Positions 26,819-36,837 of a DNA stretch of 64,000 nucleotides are shown here, piece after piece; the stretch's first letter is position 1, and each line of letters starts with the position of its first letter. The translations under genes and the position numbers were made by a program. The DNA is from Desulfosudaceae bacterium (GTDB taxonomy: Bacteria; Desulfobacterota; Desulfobacteria; Desulfobacterales; Desulfosudaceae). Location of the stretch: assembly GCA_963674745.2 (NCBI GenBank), contig CAXXDV010000003.1, forward strand, positions 992,001 through 1,056,000, in the 5' to 3' direction. Under the pieces are notes generated by a model. That model was not told the origin of the DNA and searched no databases. It saw only the letters and a program-made list of their open reading frames with translations.

Positions 26819-28294
26819 ATGGGTAACGCGCAGTCATCTGAAAAAAACTGGACAAAAATTATCGCCCTGTTCGGCGGGATTTTTTTATTCGCACTTGTTT
26901 ATTATTCACCGCCCTGGTTCGATGCCGTGGATCCGGAAGGAAAACACTTCGTCTTGTCCCAGGAGGGCAAAGGCGCCCTGGCGGTATTCTTGCTGGCCAG
27001 TACCTGGTGGGTCTTTGAGGTGGTTCCCATCGGTATTACCAGCCTGATGATCGGCATCCTGCAGGTGTTGTTTCTCATCCGTCCGGCCAATGAAGCATTC
27101 AAGGACTTTATGGACCCCTCGGTGCTGTTCATTTTCGGCTCCATCGTTATCGGCCTGGTATTTACCAAAACCGGGCTGACCCGGCGACTGGCCTATAAAA
27201 TGCTGATAATTGTGGGTGAACGTACCAGCATGATTTACCTGGGCTGTTTCGTTGTTACGGCCGCCCTGGCCCATATCATGGCCCATACGGCCGTGGCCGC
27301 CACCATTTATCCGCTGCTGATGGCTATTTATGCGCTGTACGGCGAAGGCGACAAACAGACCAAGTTCGGCAAAGGCCTGTTTATAGGCATGGCCTATGTG
27401 GCCGGGGCCGGCAGTATCGTAACCCTGCTGGGCGCGGCCAGGGGCGCGGTTGCCATCGGGTTTTTCAAAGATGTCGTGGGTAAGGACATCGGGTTTTTCG
27501 AGCTCACCTACTATATGCTCCCTATCGGCTGGTTGATGACATTCCTGCTGTGGGGGTATTTCATGATTGTCTGTAAACCCGAAAAAAAGACCATCCCGGG
27601 CCTGCGCGAAAAAGCACGGGAGCTGAACAAGGAACTGGGCGGGATTACCCGCCAGGAAATTATAGCCGCCGTTATCGTAGGGGCATGTGTCCTTTCCCTG
27701 GGTGTGATCGCCGTGTTGAAGTCGACGGTCCCCGGTTTTCATCCCCCCCATAAAACCGCCGTTATCCTGCTGTCCACGGTTCTGTTTTTCTTGGCCGGCA
27801 TTTTGACCATCGAAGATCTGGAAGAAGTGCCCTGGAACATTATTCTGTTGTTTGCCGGCGCCATGAGTATCGGCTTCTGTCTGTGGCAGACCGGTGCCGC
27901 TGAATGGCTGGCCATCAACTGGCTGGTTATGTTTGAAAAGGCCCATTGGTTTGTGTTCGTTCTGGGTATTGCTTTTTTTGTCATGATCATGACCAACTTC
28001 ATTATGAACGTGGCCGCCATTGCCATTTCCCTGCCGGTGGCCCTGGTTATCGCGCCTTACCTGGGGGTGGCCGGAGAAGTTATTCTGTTCGCTTCACTGG
28101 TGACCGCCGGTATGCCTTTTCTGCTGCTGGTGGGTGCCGCTCCGAATGCCATCGCCTATGACTCCAAACAGTTTACCACCGGCGAATTCTTCCTTTACGG
28201 TCTGCCCGCCAGTGTTCTGCTGATGGCGGTGGTCGGTTTTTCAGTATATGTGCTGTGGCCTCTGATGGGCATGCCGATTACAATCGGTAATTAA
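26819..28294 (+). CDS. SLC13/DASS family permease
   Basis: WWVFEVVPIGIT, KTGLTRRLA, VPWNIILLFAG, GAAPNAIAY; many TM helices. Confidence 0.92.
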   Translation: MGNAQSSEKNWTKIIALFGGIFLFALVYYSPPWFDAVDPEGKHFVLSQEGKGALAVFLLASTWWVFEVVPIGITSLMIGILQVLFLIRPANEAFKDFMDPSVLFIFGSIVIGLVFTKTGLTRRLAYKMLIIVGERTSMIYLGCFVVTAALAHIMAHTAVAATIYPLLMAIYALYGEGDKQTKFGKGLFIGMAYVAGAGSIVTLLGAARGAVAIGFFKDVVGKDIGFFELTYYMLPIGWLMTFLLWGYFMIVCKPEKKTIPGLREKARELNKELGGITRQEIIAAVIVGACVLSLGVIAVLKSTVPGFHPPHKTAVILLSTVLFFLAGILTIEDLEEVPWNIILLFAGAMSIGFCLWQTGAAEWLAINWLVMFEKAHWFVFVLGIAFFVMIMTNFIMNVAAIAISLPVALVIAPYLGVAGEVILFASLVTAGMPFLLLVGAAPNAIAYDSKQFTTGEFFLYGLPASVLLMAVVGFSVYVLWPLMGMPITIGN

Positions 28295-28379
28295 CTGGAT
28301 TTACTATAAATCTGTTTTGCGGAAACAGGCTGCCGGGGATTACCGCCGGCCTGTTTCCGGTTTTTGGGCAGATAACCTC

Positions 28380-29852
28380 ATGAAACAGGTCAGCCTTTCC
28401 ACACGTATTTTTTTTAATGTCTCCCTGTTGCTGGTGGTCACGGTCTGTATGGGGGTTACCACTATCTGGTTTGCCAGCCGGTTCAACGGTATGCTGCACC
28501 AGATATCCCAGGAAGCCATTGTGCTGGTTCAGGCCTCCCGTGAAATGAACACCCAATTGGCCAATCAGAAAGGGTTTGTCACCTATTATTTTCTTGACGG
28601 TGATCAAAAATGGCTAAAAGAGCTGGATACCCATCGAAAACAGTTCAGCGAATGGCTGGATAAAACTTATGAAATAACCCATGGCCCCGCCCAGGCGTCT
28701 TTACGTGAACAGATCAAGAGACAGTACAATGATTATATACTGGCTAAAGACAAAGTCATTGATCTGTACCAGTCCGGAAAAAAAGAAGAAGGTGAAGCCC
28801 TGCACTGGAAGGTCCGCGATCAATATTTTCAGCTTTACGAACTGTGCCGCAAGTATTTGAGCCTGAACGAATTACAGATCCGCAAGGCCCGTGACAAGAG
28901 CCGTCAGAATTTCCGCCAGATCACTTCTGTCACCATAACCCTGATTGTGTCCCAGTTTATTCTTACTGCCTTGCTGTTGTTTAATCTGATCAGCCATATC
29001 ATTATCCCCATTCAGCGTCTCTCACGTGAAACGGTGACAGACAAATCGGTTCCTGAACCGGGCAATGAGGTGAACCGTTTGAGAGATAGTGTCCATGAGT
29101 TGCTTGATGAACGGGACCGCACCAGAAGTGAACTCGAGCAAAGCAAGGAAATGCTCATGAACTCGGAAAAAATGGCCTTGGTCGGCCGACTGGCACCGGT
29201 CGTGGCGCACAGCATCCGAAATCCCATGACATCCATCAACATGCGTCTGTTTTCTCTCCAGCGCAATCTGGACATGACCGAGAATCAAAAAGAAGATTTT
29301 GAGGTGGTGTTTGAGGAAATGAATCGGCTGGACAATATCGTTCAGAATTTTTTGGAGTTTTCCAAACCCCATAAACTGAAAAAACAGCGGATCAGTATCT
29401 CGAAAATCATCTCCACCACCATGGATCTGCTGTCCTATCGCCTGGATCTGTATAATATCACCATTACCCGCCAACAGGAGGTGGAAAATCTCGAGCTTGA
29501 AGCTGATCCCGGCCTGTTGAAGGAGGTGTTTGTCAACCTCATCGTCAATGCCTGTGAAGCCATGGAAGACGGCGGGGAAATTATTGTGGTGGAAAAAGAA
29601 GCCGTGGCGGATAACATCGGCCAGGCCATCATGATTGAAGTCATTGATAATGGTCCGGGCATGTCTCCGGAAATGCAGGACCGGGCCTTTAAACCGTTTG
29701 AAACGACCAAGCCGGACGGTACCGGGCTGGGCCTGTTTATTGTATTAAAAATTATCGAAGAACACGGCGGGATATTGAATCTCCGTTCCCGGGAAGGTCA
29801 GGGCACTACCTTTACGATTATCCTGCCGGCTTATGAAAAGGTTTCCGCATGA
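28380..29852 (+). CDS. Sensor histidine kinase with helical periplasmic domain
   Basis: VAHSIRNP H-box, NACEA, DNGPG, GTGLGL. Confidence 0.92.
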   Translation: MKQVSLSTRIFFNVSLLLVVTVCMGVTTIWFASRFNGMLHQISQEAIVLVQASREMNTQLANQKGFVTYYFLDGDQKWLKELDTHRKQFSEWLDKTYEITHGPAQASLREQIKRQYNDYILAKDKVIDLYQSGKKEEGEALHWKVRDQYFQLYELCRKYLSLNELQIRKARDKSRQNFRQITSVTITLIVSQFILTALLLFNLISHIIIPIQRLSRETVTDKSVPEPGNEVNRLRDSVHELLDERDRTRSELEQSKEMLMNSEKMALVGRLAPVVAHSIRNPMTSINMRLFSLQRNLDMTENQKEDFEVVFEEMNRLDNIVQNFLEFSKPHKLKKQRISISKIISTTMDLLSYRLDLYNITITRQQEVENLELEADPGLLKEVFVNLIVNACEAMEDGGEIIVVEKEAVADNIGQAIMIEVIDNGPGMSPEMQDRAFKPFETTKPDGTGLGLFIVLKIIEEHGGILNLRSREGQGTTFTIILPAYEKVSA

Positions 29853-31288
29853 GTACCATTTTAATTGTTGATGATGACGATCAGCTCCGACAAAGTTTTT
29901 TTAAACTGCTGAAGGAGGAAGGCTATGATGTCAGAACCGCGGCCAGCGGTGAAGCCGGAATTGAAGAGGTCTCACGGGAGGTCCCGGACCTGGTCGTGCT
30001 GGATATCAAAATGCCGGGAATGAGCGGTTTAGAAGCGTTCAGCCAAATCCGGGAAATTGACGCTACGCTGCCGGTTATCATCATGACCGCCTATGGGACA
30101 ACGGATACGGCTATTGAAGCGACCAAACTGGGCGCTTTTGATTATATTTTAAAACCATTTGACATTCCTTTTGTTTTAAAACTCATTCAGCAGGCACTTG
30201 AAGCCGGACGGCTGATGCGAAATCGGGTGGAAATGAACGGAACCCCGGAAAGCGCCCCCCGGGATGTGCTAATTGGGCGCAATCCGGTCATGCAGGAGGT
30301 TTATAAGTCTATCGGCCGTGTGGCATCGACCGATGCCACAGTTCTTATCCAGGGAGAATCCGGCACCGGCAAGGAACTGGTGTCCAGGGCCATCTATCAG
30401 TACAGTAACCGCTCAGACAAGCCGTTTCTGGTGATCAACTGCGTGGCCCTGCCGGAAACGCTGCTGGAGAGCGAGCTGTTCGGCTATGAAAGGGGGGCCT
30501 TTACGGGCGCCAACAGCCGGCGTATCGGAAAAATCGAGCAGGCTCACGGTGGAACAATTTTTCTAGATGAAATCGGTGATATGCCGCTTTCCATTCAGGC
30601 CAAGATTCTGCGTCTGCTTCAGGAAAAAAACATTGAGCGGCTTGGCGGCGGAAAACCCATTGCGGTTGATGTCCGCATTCTGGCCGCCACCAATCGCAAC
30701 CTGGAAAAGGCCATTGCCGAGGGTGCTTTTCGCGATGATTTATACTATCGGCTTAAAGTCGTGACCATCACGCTTCCGCCCTTAAAAGACCGCAAAAGTG
30801 ACATTCCACTGTTATGTGATTATTTCATGGCCAATTTTTCCCGTGAAATGGGGATTGAAAATCCGGGTATTACAGAACCCGCCCGGAAAATCATTGCCGA
30901 ACGCGCCTGGCCGGGAAATGTCCGGGAACTGGGCAATACCTTGAAAAAAGCGCTGATCTTCAGCAACGGTTATCCCATCCGGCCGGAAGATGTGTCCTAT
31001 GCCATTTCAGATACCGGCGATCAGCCGTCGGACACGGAGATTGAATCAATTGAACGCCTGAGCCGGCAATGGGTGGCCGGCATATTAAACTCAAGCAAAT
31101 ATGATGACAAGTTTAATTTCCTGATGGACACGTTTACCCGGATCGTGATCGGTGAAGCATTGCGAATAACCAATGGGAATCGCAGTCAGGCCTCTAAGAT
31201 ACTGGGTTTGGCCCGGCCGACCCTGTTGTCCAAGATTGAAAAGTTAAACCTGACCACGACCACGACCGTTCGGCATGAAGAGGAATGA
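29849..31288 (+). CDS. NtrC-family sigma54 response regulator
   Basis: REC + GESGTGKE + GAFTGA + Fis HTH. Confidence 0.95.
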   Translation: MSTILIVDDDDQLRQSFFKLLKEEGYDVRTAASGEAGIEEVSREVPDLVVLDIKMPGMSGLEAFSQIREIDATLPVIIMTAYGTTDTAIEATKLGAFDYILKPFDIPFVLKLIQQALEAGRLMRNRVEMNGTPESAPRDVLIGRNPVMQEVYKSIGRVASTDATVLIQGESGTGKELVSRAIYQYSNRSDKPFLVINCVALPETLLESELFGYERGAFTGANSRRIGKIEQAHGGTIFLDEIGDMPLSIQAKILRLLQEKNIERLGGGKPIAVDVRILAATNRNLEKAIAEGAFRDDLYYRLKVVTITLPPLKDRKSDIPLLCDYFMANFSREMGIENPGITEPARKIIAERAWPGNVRELGNTLKKALIFSNGYPIRPEDVSYAISDTGDQPSDTEIESIERLSRQWVAGILNSSKYDDKFNFLMDTFTRIVIGEALRITNGNRSQASKILGLARPTLLSKIEKLNLTTTTTVRHEEE

Positions 31289-31349
31289 TTTAGCGAAAAT
31301 TGTTTATTCGCGCCTTAATCCTTTTGGGAAAAAGGCTTAAATGGCTCTC

Positions 31350-31381
31350 CTTGACCCCTTGACCCCTCGAATCCTTGAACC
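31350..31381. repeat. Four degenerate octamers (cttgaccc family)
   Basis: cttgaccc cttgaccc ctcgaatc cttgaacc. Confidence 0.8.
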
Positions 31382-31389
31382 CTTCAGTT

Positions 31390-31884
31390 TTAAACAGCCG
31401 TTGCGCCATGATCAATTTCGCTCAAGCGTCTTAAAATCTCCCTTGGAGAAGTAGACTGCGAAAGTTTGAGCAGCTGGTTCATTCTTTTTTCTTCAATCTG
31501 GTTTTTGTTCATCACCTTTTTTTTGTATGCCTCCTGAAGAATTCCCATCAGTTCATCCAGCTTACACGGTTTTTGCAGGTAAGCGTAGGCCCCGCTCTGC
31601 ATGGTGCCGACCGCGGAATCAATGGTGCCATGACCCGTGAGAATAACGATTTCCATCCATTGATGTTTTTCCTTCAATGCCTTCAGTGTTTCTTCTCCGT
31701 CTAATCCCGGCATTTTCAGGTCAACCAGGGCAATATCAATATTCATTTTATCGGCTGCTTCCAGCGCTTTTTCACCGCGGTTCACGGCAACGACGTTAAA
31801 ATCTCTGACCTCAAGTTGCTTTTTCATGGACGCCAGAAACTGTTCCTCATCATCTACAAACAGCAAGTTGATCTTATGCTCCAT
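31390..31884 (-). CDS. Single-domain response regulator with C-terminal helical tail
   Basis: LFVDDE, VDLKMP, LTGHG, YLQKPC. Confidence 0.92.
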   Translation of the reverse strand: MEHKINLLFVDDEEQFLASMKKQLEVRDFNVVAVNRGEKALEAADKMNIDIALVDLKMPGLDGEETLKALKEKHQWMEIVILTGHGTIDSAVGTMQSGAYAYLQKPCKLDELMGILQEAYKKKVMNKNQIEEKRMNQLLKLSQSTSPREILRRLSEIDHGATAV

Positions 31885-31956
31885 GCCGCTTTCTCCTTAA
31901 TTATGTCAATTACGCCCAACCAGGGCCGTTAAATACGGTTTTTCAATTTAAAAAGT

Positions 31957-31973
31957 AGCAAATGCTGTGCCAA
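31957..31973 (-). promoter_or_regulatory. sigma54 promoter
   Basis: TTGGCAC-AGCAT-TTGCT. Confidence 0.85.
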
Positions 31974-32500
31974 TTTCGTATTTAGCCGTATCTTGCCCGC
32001 TACACAATAAATTTCTTATTTAAAACAATTTGTTAGTTGGCTTCCCGGTAACAGGGGAAAAGTGATTGAACAGGCCGCCTGTTAAATTCATTGACATGAT
32101 CAACGTCCTTCACAACCGGGTCAACCCGGTCGTGGACCCTCTTTTATTTTTATTTACAACAATCAAACAGTAGCGGAAGGCTTCAACCTTCCAATTTCCA
32201 ATAGGGCGCTGCAGCCCACCGCTGCTGCCTCTTACAGAAATGATCAAGCGGCCAGGGGCTCAATCAAATCGTGAAATGTACGGATTAACCGGCATGAGCT
32301 GAAAGTCGAAGCATTCCCGCAAATAAGGTTTAAGCGGTGGATACGGATCATCATCTGTTTTTTACAACATGTAAAAATTTTCGACGGAATTTAAGTGTTA
32401 AATTCGTTCAAGTACTGAAAAAAAAACCCGCCTCATGAGAATGTCATTTAAAATCAAATTATTATACCTGGACAAAGGACTTCGAAGAAGGAGTGAAAAC

Positions 32501-32517
32501 TTGGCATCATGCTTGCT
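32501..32517 (+). promoter_or_regulatory. sigma54 promoter of the 32.5-43.7 kb operon
   Basis: TTGGCAT-CATGC-TTGCT. Confidence 0.85.
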
Positions 32518-32552
32518 CTATATGAGTTAACGCAAAATAAAAGAGGCGGACG

Positions 32553-32969
32553 ATGACTCGAAAGTACACCATATTAATTGCCGACAGCAATATTCACGTC
32601 AGGCGGTTTCTTGTTCGAGAGTTGAGTAGCCCATCCTATGAAATCATTCAGGCGGCCAACCATATGCAGCTTTTTGCCAGAATATTCGGGAAAAAAACAC
32701 CGGATCTGATTGTCTTTGATATGAATATTCCCTATATCAATTGCCTTGATGTATTAAAACAGCTTTTGAACATCACCCCGCCCATCCCCATCATTATTTA
32801 TTCCTACCTTTCCGAATACAAAGATCATCCCCTGGTAAAAGATACCCATGGCTTTGTTGAGAAAAACGGGAACATCGCCGCGCTGCAGAACAAAATCAGC
32901 GAGGTGCTGAATTATTATTATGAAACCCCCTGCCGTCCCGAACAGGGTCGCCAGGATTTCTCCCTTTGA
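32553..32969 (+). CDS. Atypical single-domain response regulator
   Basis: REC fold; ADSN instead of DDE, FDMNIP, EKN instead of KP. Confidence 0.8.
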   Translation: MTRKYTILIADSNIHVRRFLVRELSSPSYEIIQAANHMQLFARIFGKKTPDLIVFDMNIPYINCLDVLKQLLNITPPIPIIIYSYLSEYKDHPLVKDTHGFVEKNGNIAALQNKISEVLNYYYETPCRPEQGRQDFSL

Positions 32970-34738
32970 TGGAACAACCGATGAATATCGCCAAGAAAAA
33001 CCCGCCCGGAAAAACAAATCTCGAAGCCCAGTCGCGTCATGACACGAATCATGAAGCAGCCCGCTACTATTTTCAGAAGCTGAAAAAACGTATTCTGCTG
33101 ATCATGATGATCGCCTTTCTGTCGCCACTGGTACTGCTGTCGATATATTTCCATTTTCAGTTCAACCTGACCATGAAGCAGAGTGGAAAAATGCAGCTGC
33201 TTTCCCTGGCCGAAAGCCAGCGTAACACCATTGATCTCTTTCTTCAGGAACGTCTGGTGAATATCTTCAACCTGTTTCATGGCGCGGACTTTAAAGTGAA
33301 TCCGGACCAGTCTGATATGGACGCCTATCTCAAGCGGCTTCAGGAAACCAGTGATGCTTTTGTTGATGTCGGTTTTCTCAACGAAAACGGACATAAAATC
33401 GGTTATTCCGGGCCTTTCCCCTTTTTGATCAGAAAAAACTACAAGGATGAATTCTGGTTTGCCTCGCTGATGAGTCGACAATCCAATTATTTTATCAGCG
33501 ATATTTACAGGGGGTTCCGCGATAAACCTCACTTTACCATCGCCGTCAAACAACTGGTGGGAGATAAATATTATATCGTGCGGGCCACTCTTGATCCTGA
33601 CAAGTTTTATCACTTCCTTAAGACTATCGGGCAGGGGAAACATGTTAGTTCCTTTCTGATCAATCTGTCCGGAGAGTATCAGGTCGTGGCCCCCGGTTCA
33701 GGAGAAGTCTTGAAAAAAAGCGAGTTCCAGCCCCGCAACACCCATGGGCCGGATATTGAGGAAATCACCTGGAACGGGCAATCGGAACTGGTGGGCTATG
33801 CATGGCTCAAACAGGTCCCCTGGGCCCTGATTGTGCGGCAGCCGCTTAAACTGGCGTACGCCCGGATGTTCGCCGCCAGGAGATACATCATTATCGGCAG
33901 CGCCTTGACGGCGATTCTTCTTTTTTCCACGGTTGTCATTATTACCGGACGGCTGCTCACAAAAGCCGAAAAAATGGAAAAAGACCGCTATGAACTCAAA
34001 TCACAATTATTTCACGCCGCCAAACTGGTTTCCGTAGGAGAACTGGCGGCCGGGGTGGCCCATGAAATCAACAATCCCCTGGCCATCATCTTTTCCCAGT
34101 GCGGGGTCATACGGGACATATTCGATCCCGAGTTCGGTGGCGGCATCGGACCGGAAACACCGTCCCAGGTCAACGAAGAACTGGATATCATAGATGGTGC
34201 GGTTATGCGGGCCAAGGGCATTACCCAGAAATTGTTGAGTTCATCCAGAAAGTCAACACCCCGGATAACAAAATGCAACCTTAATCATATTCTTAATGAT
34301 GTTGTCGACGGGTTGCTGGAACGTGAGTTTAAGGTATCCAACATCGATCTGGTCAGAGAATACGCGCCTGATCTGCCGGACATCATGACTGACGCCGATC
34401 AACTTCACCAGGTGTTTCAGAACCTGATAAATAACGCCGGTGATGCCATTAAAGGGCCGGGCACAATCACCATCGTGACCAGTGCCGGCGATAATTTTGT
34501 TAAAGCATCCGTGACCGATACCGGTTGCGGTATGACCCAGGATGTTTTGGGAAAAGTATTTCTGCCGTTTTTTACGACTAAAGAGGTTGGCAAAGGAACA
34601 GGGCTGGGGCTTGGTATCAGCTTGAGCATCGTTGAAGCCATGGGCGGGACCATTGATGTCCAGTCCATGCCGGGAGCAGGCAGCACTTTTACCATTACCC
34701 TGCCGATTAATAGCACACAGGAGGTTGAATCGACATGA
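32966..34738 (+). CDS. Cache-type sensor histidine kinase
   Basis: [26 protein letters not shown]. Confidence 0.93.
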   Translation: MMEQPMNIAKKNPPGKTNLEAQSRHDTNHEAARYYFQKLKKRILLIMMIAFLSPLVLLSIYFHFQFNLTMKQSGKMQLLSLAESQRNTIDLFLQERLVNIFNLFHGADFKVNPDQSDMDAYLKRLQETSDAFVDVGFLNENGHKIGYSGPFPFLIRKNYKDEFWFASLMSRQSNYFISDIYRGFRDKPHFTIAVKQLVGDKYYIVRATLDPDKFYHFLKTIGQGKHVSSFLINLSGEYQVVAPGSGEVLKKSEFQPRNTHGPDIEEITWNGQSELVGYAWLKQVPWALIVRQPLKLAYARMFAARRYIIIGSALTAILLFSTVVIITGRLLTKAEKMEKDRYELKSQLFHAAKLVSVGELAAGVAHEINNPLAIIFSQCGVIRDIFDPEFGGGIGPETPSQVNEELDIIDGAVMRAKGITQKLLSSSRKSTPRITKCNLNHILNDVVDGLLEREFKVSNIDLVREYAPDLPDIMTDADQLHQVFQNLINNAGDAIKGPGTITIVTSAGDNFVKASVTDTGCGMTQDVLGKVFLPFFTTKEVGKGTGLGLGISLSIVEAMGGTIDVQSMPGAGSTFTITLPINSTQEVEST

Positions 34739-36798
34739 CCCAATTGCAAGAACCCAGAAAGGACAGCAAGCCGACGGTCATTCTGCTTGTTGATGATGAA
34801 GACCATTTTAGAAACGCGATGAACAAGCAGTTATCATCGCGGGGATACAGGGTGTACGACGTGAAAGGCGGTTTTGACGCCATCAAGATCGTTCGTCATA
34901 ACAACCCGGAAGTGATCATCCTTGATCAGAAAATGCCGGACATGGACGGCATCCAGACATTAAAGGAAATTAAAGCCATCCGGCCGGAAGCGCAGGTCAT
35001 TATGTTGACCGGGCACGGCAGTACGGAAGCCGCCACCGAAACCGGCCGTCACGATGTTTTTAAATACATGCTCAAACCATGCGGCATCAACGAACTGGTA
35101 GAGAATATCGAAGCCGCCCGCCAGGAGCGGGTGTATGCCATGATGCGTAATGAAATAGCGGTGGTCAAACGTCACAGCTTAAAACAGTGGCTGGTCGGCG
35201 TCCACAACGCCCGTCCCGGGCTGATGATTCTGGGCGCTCTGCTGTTTCTGGCCATGGTGCTGATGCCGACACCGGATCGTATGAACCAGTTATTCACAAA
35301 AGACAAGGCAGGGGTGGGGGATTCGGCCATAACCGGTTACGCCGGTTATCGCAGCATGAAAACCGGTGAAAATATTGCCGGGTATTATTTGAAAGAAGCG
35401 GGGCTTCTTCCGAAAAACACGGAAGCGGTTATTGATGATGGGAAACTTGCGGATAAGGCTTCGCTTCGGGCCAGGGTTATGGTCGGCGTTTTGATCGTGG
35501 CCGCCCTGTTTTGGGCTACAGGCGCCATCCCCGTCGGTATTACGGCCCTGCTGGTGGGTGTGCTGATGTACTTTTTTGGCGTTCTGCCACCGGACAAGAT
35601 CGCCAAGGCTTTTGCCAAAGATGCGGTTATTTTTATTTTCGGTGTGCTGGCCATGGCCGCCGCGGTCATGAAAACCGGGTTGGACAAGCGCATCGGTTCC
35701 CTGTTGCTGGGGACGAGCAGTTCACTGGCACGGCTGGCCTTTATCTTCTGCCCGCTGTTGGCCGTGACCGCCTCTTTTCTTTCAGAACACGCCCTGGTGG
35801 CTTTTATTATTCCGGTGCTGATGATGGCCTATCTGGGCGTGGTCCGTACTGCTCAGATTCGCAATGACCGCAATCTGGCCGTGATGATGATTCTGATGGT
35901 CTGTTTTGTTGCCAATATCGGCGGCCCGGGATCACCGGCAGCCGGCGGCCGAAACGCCGTCATGCTGGGGATTTTGACCGATTACGGGGCAGCCCCGAGT
36001 TTTGCCCAGTGGGTCATGTACGGTCTGCCTTTTGTGCCGGTCATGGCCATCGTCATCGGCGCTTATTTCTTTTTCATGTTCCGCAAAAAAATAAAAGTAA
36101 AAAATTTGAATCTGCTGGCGGAAATCCAACAGGAAACCCGAAAAATCGGCAAAATGACCCGGGATGAATATGTAACTGCTATTGTTCTGGTTGTTCTGGT
36201 CACGCTCTGGATCACGGTCAGTGACCGGTTCGGCATGGGCGGTCCGGTCGTCCTGGCCCTGGTGGCGCTCAATATTCTGGGCATTCTTCGCTGGAAGGAC
36301 ATTAATGGTATTCACTGGGATGTGGTGGCCCTGTATGCCAGCGCCTGCGCCATGGGCACCGGTCTGGCTTCAACCGGCGCGGCTTTATGGATGGCGGACA
36401 GTTTTATTAATATTCTTCCGGATGTGTTGATGACCGGAACGGGACTGGCTTTTTCCGCCAGCTTGTTTACCGGCGTCATGACAAATTTCATGAGCGACGG
36501 CGCTACCGTGGCGGCTATCGGTCCCATTGTCGTACCCATGGCCACGATGGCCGACACGCACCCCTGGATGGTCGGCCTGGCTACCGCTTTTGCCTCTTCG
36601 TTCGCCCATGCCATGATTATCGGTACACCCAACAATGCCATCGCCTACAGTATGGCCCGTGATCCGGATACCGGGGAGCAGCTGGTGACAATGAAAGATT
36701 TTTTCATTCATGGCGGCGTTGTGCTGTTGCTGTCGTTCCTGGTGCTGTGGTTCTGGGTCTTTTTAGGCTACTGGCGCTGGATCGGTTTTCCGAGCTGA
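34735..36798 (+). CDS. Receiver domain fused to SLC13/DASS permease
   Basis: N-terminal LLVDDE/LDQKMP/LTGHG/KPC followed in frame by DASS motifs (FWATGAIPVG, GGPGSPAAGGRN, GTPNNAIAY). Confidence 0.92.
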   Translation: MTQLQEPRKDSKPTVILLVDDEDHFRNAMNKQLSSRGYRVYDVKGGFDAIKIVRHNNPEVIILDQKMPDMDGIQTLKEIKAIRPEAQVIMLTGHGSTEAATETGRHDVFKYMLKPCGINELVENIEAARQERVYAMMRNEIAVVKRHSLKQWLVGVHNARPGLMILGALLFLAMVLMPTPDRMNQLFTKDKAGVGDSAITGYAGYRSMKTGENIAGYYLKEAGLLPKNTEAVIDDGKLADKASLRARVMVGVLIVAALFWATGAIPVGITALLVGVLMYFFGVLPPDKIAKAFAKDAVIFIFGVLAMAAAVMKTGLDKRIGSLLLGTSSSLARLAFIFCPLLAVTASFLSEHALVAFIIPVLMMAYLGVVRTAQIRNDRNLAVMMILMVCFVANIGGPGSPAAGGRNAVMLGILTDYGAAPSFAQWVMYGLPFVPVMAIVIGAYFFFMFRKKIKVKNLNLLAEIQQETRKIGKMTRDEYVTAIVLVVLVTLWITVSDRFGMGGPVVLALVALNILGILRWKDINGIHWDVVALYASACAMGTGLASTGAALWMADSFINILPDVLMTGTGLAFSASLFTGVMTNFMSDGATVAAIGPIVVPMATMADTHPWMVGLATAFASSFAHAMIIGTPNNAIAYSMARDPDTGEQLVTMKDFFIHGGVVLLLSFLVLWFWVFLGYWRWIGFPS

Positions 36799-36837
36799 AT
36801 TTCAACAGGATTTTAAATAACACGGATAATAACGATT

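Noticed and set aside
26906..27946. Long antisense ORFs (346 aa here; 398 aa at 39591-40787; 241 aa at 32918-33643; 207 aa at 62245-62868)
   Set aside because: Shadows of well-supported genes on the opposite strand
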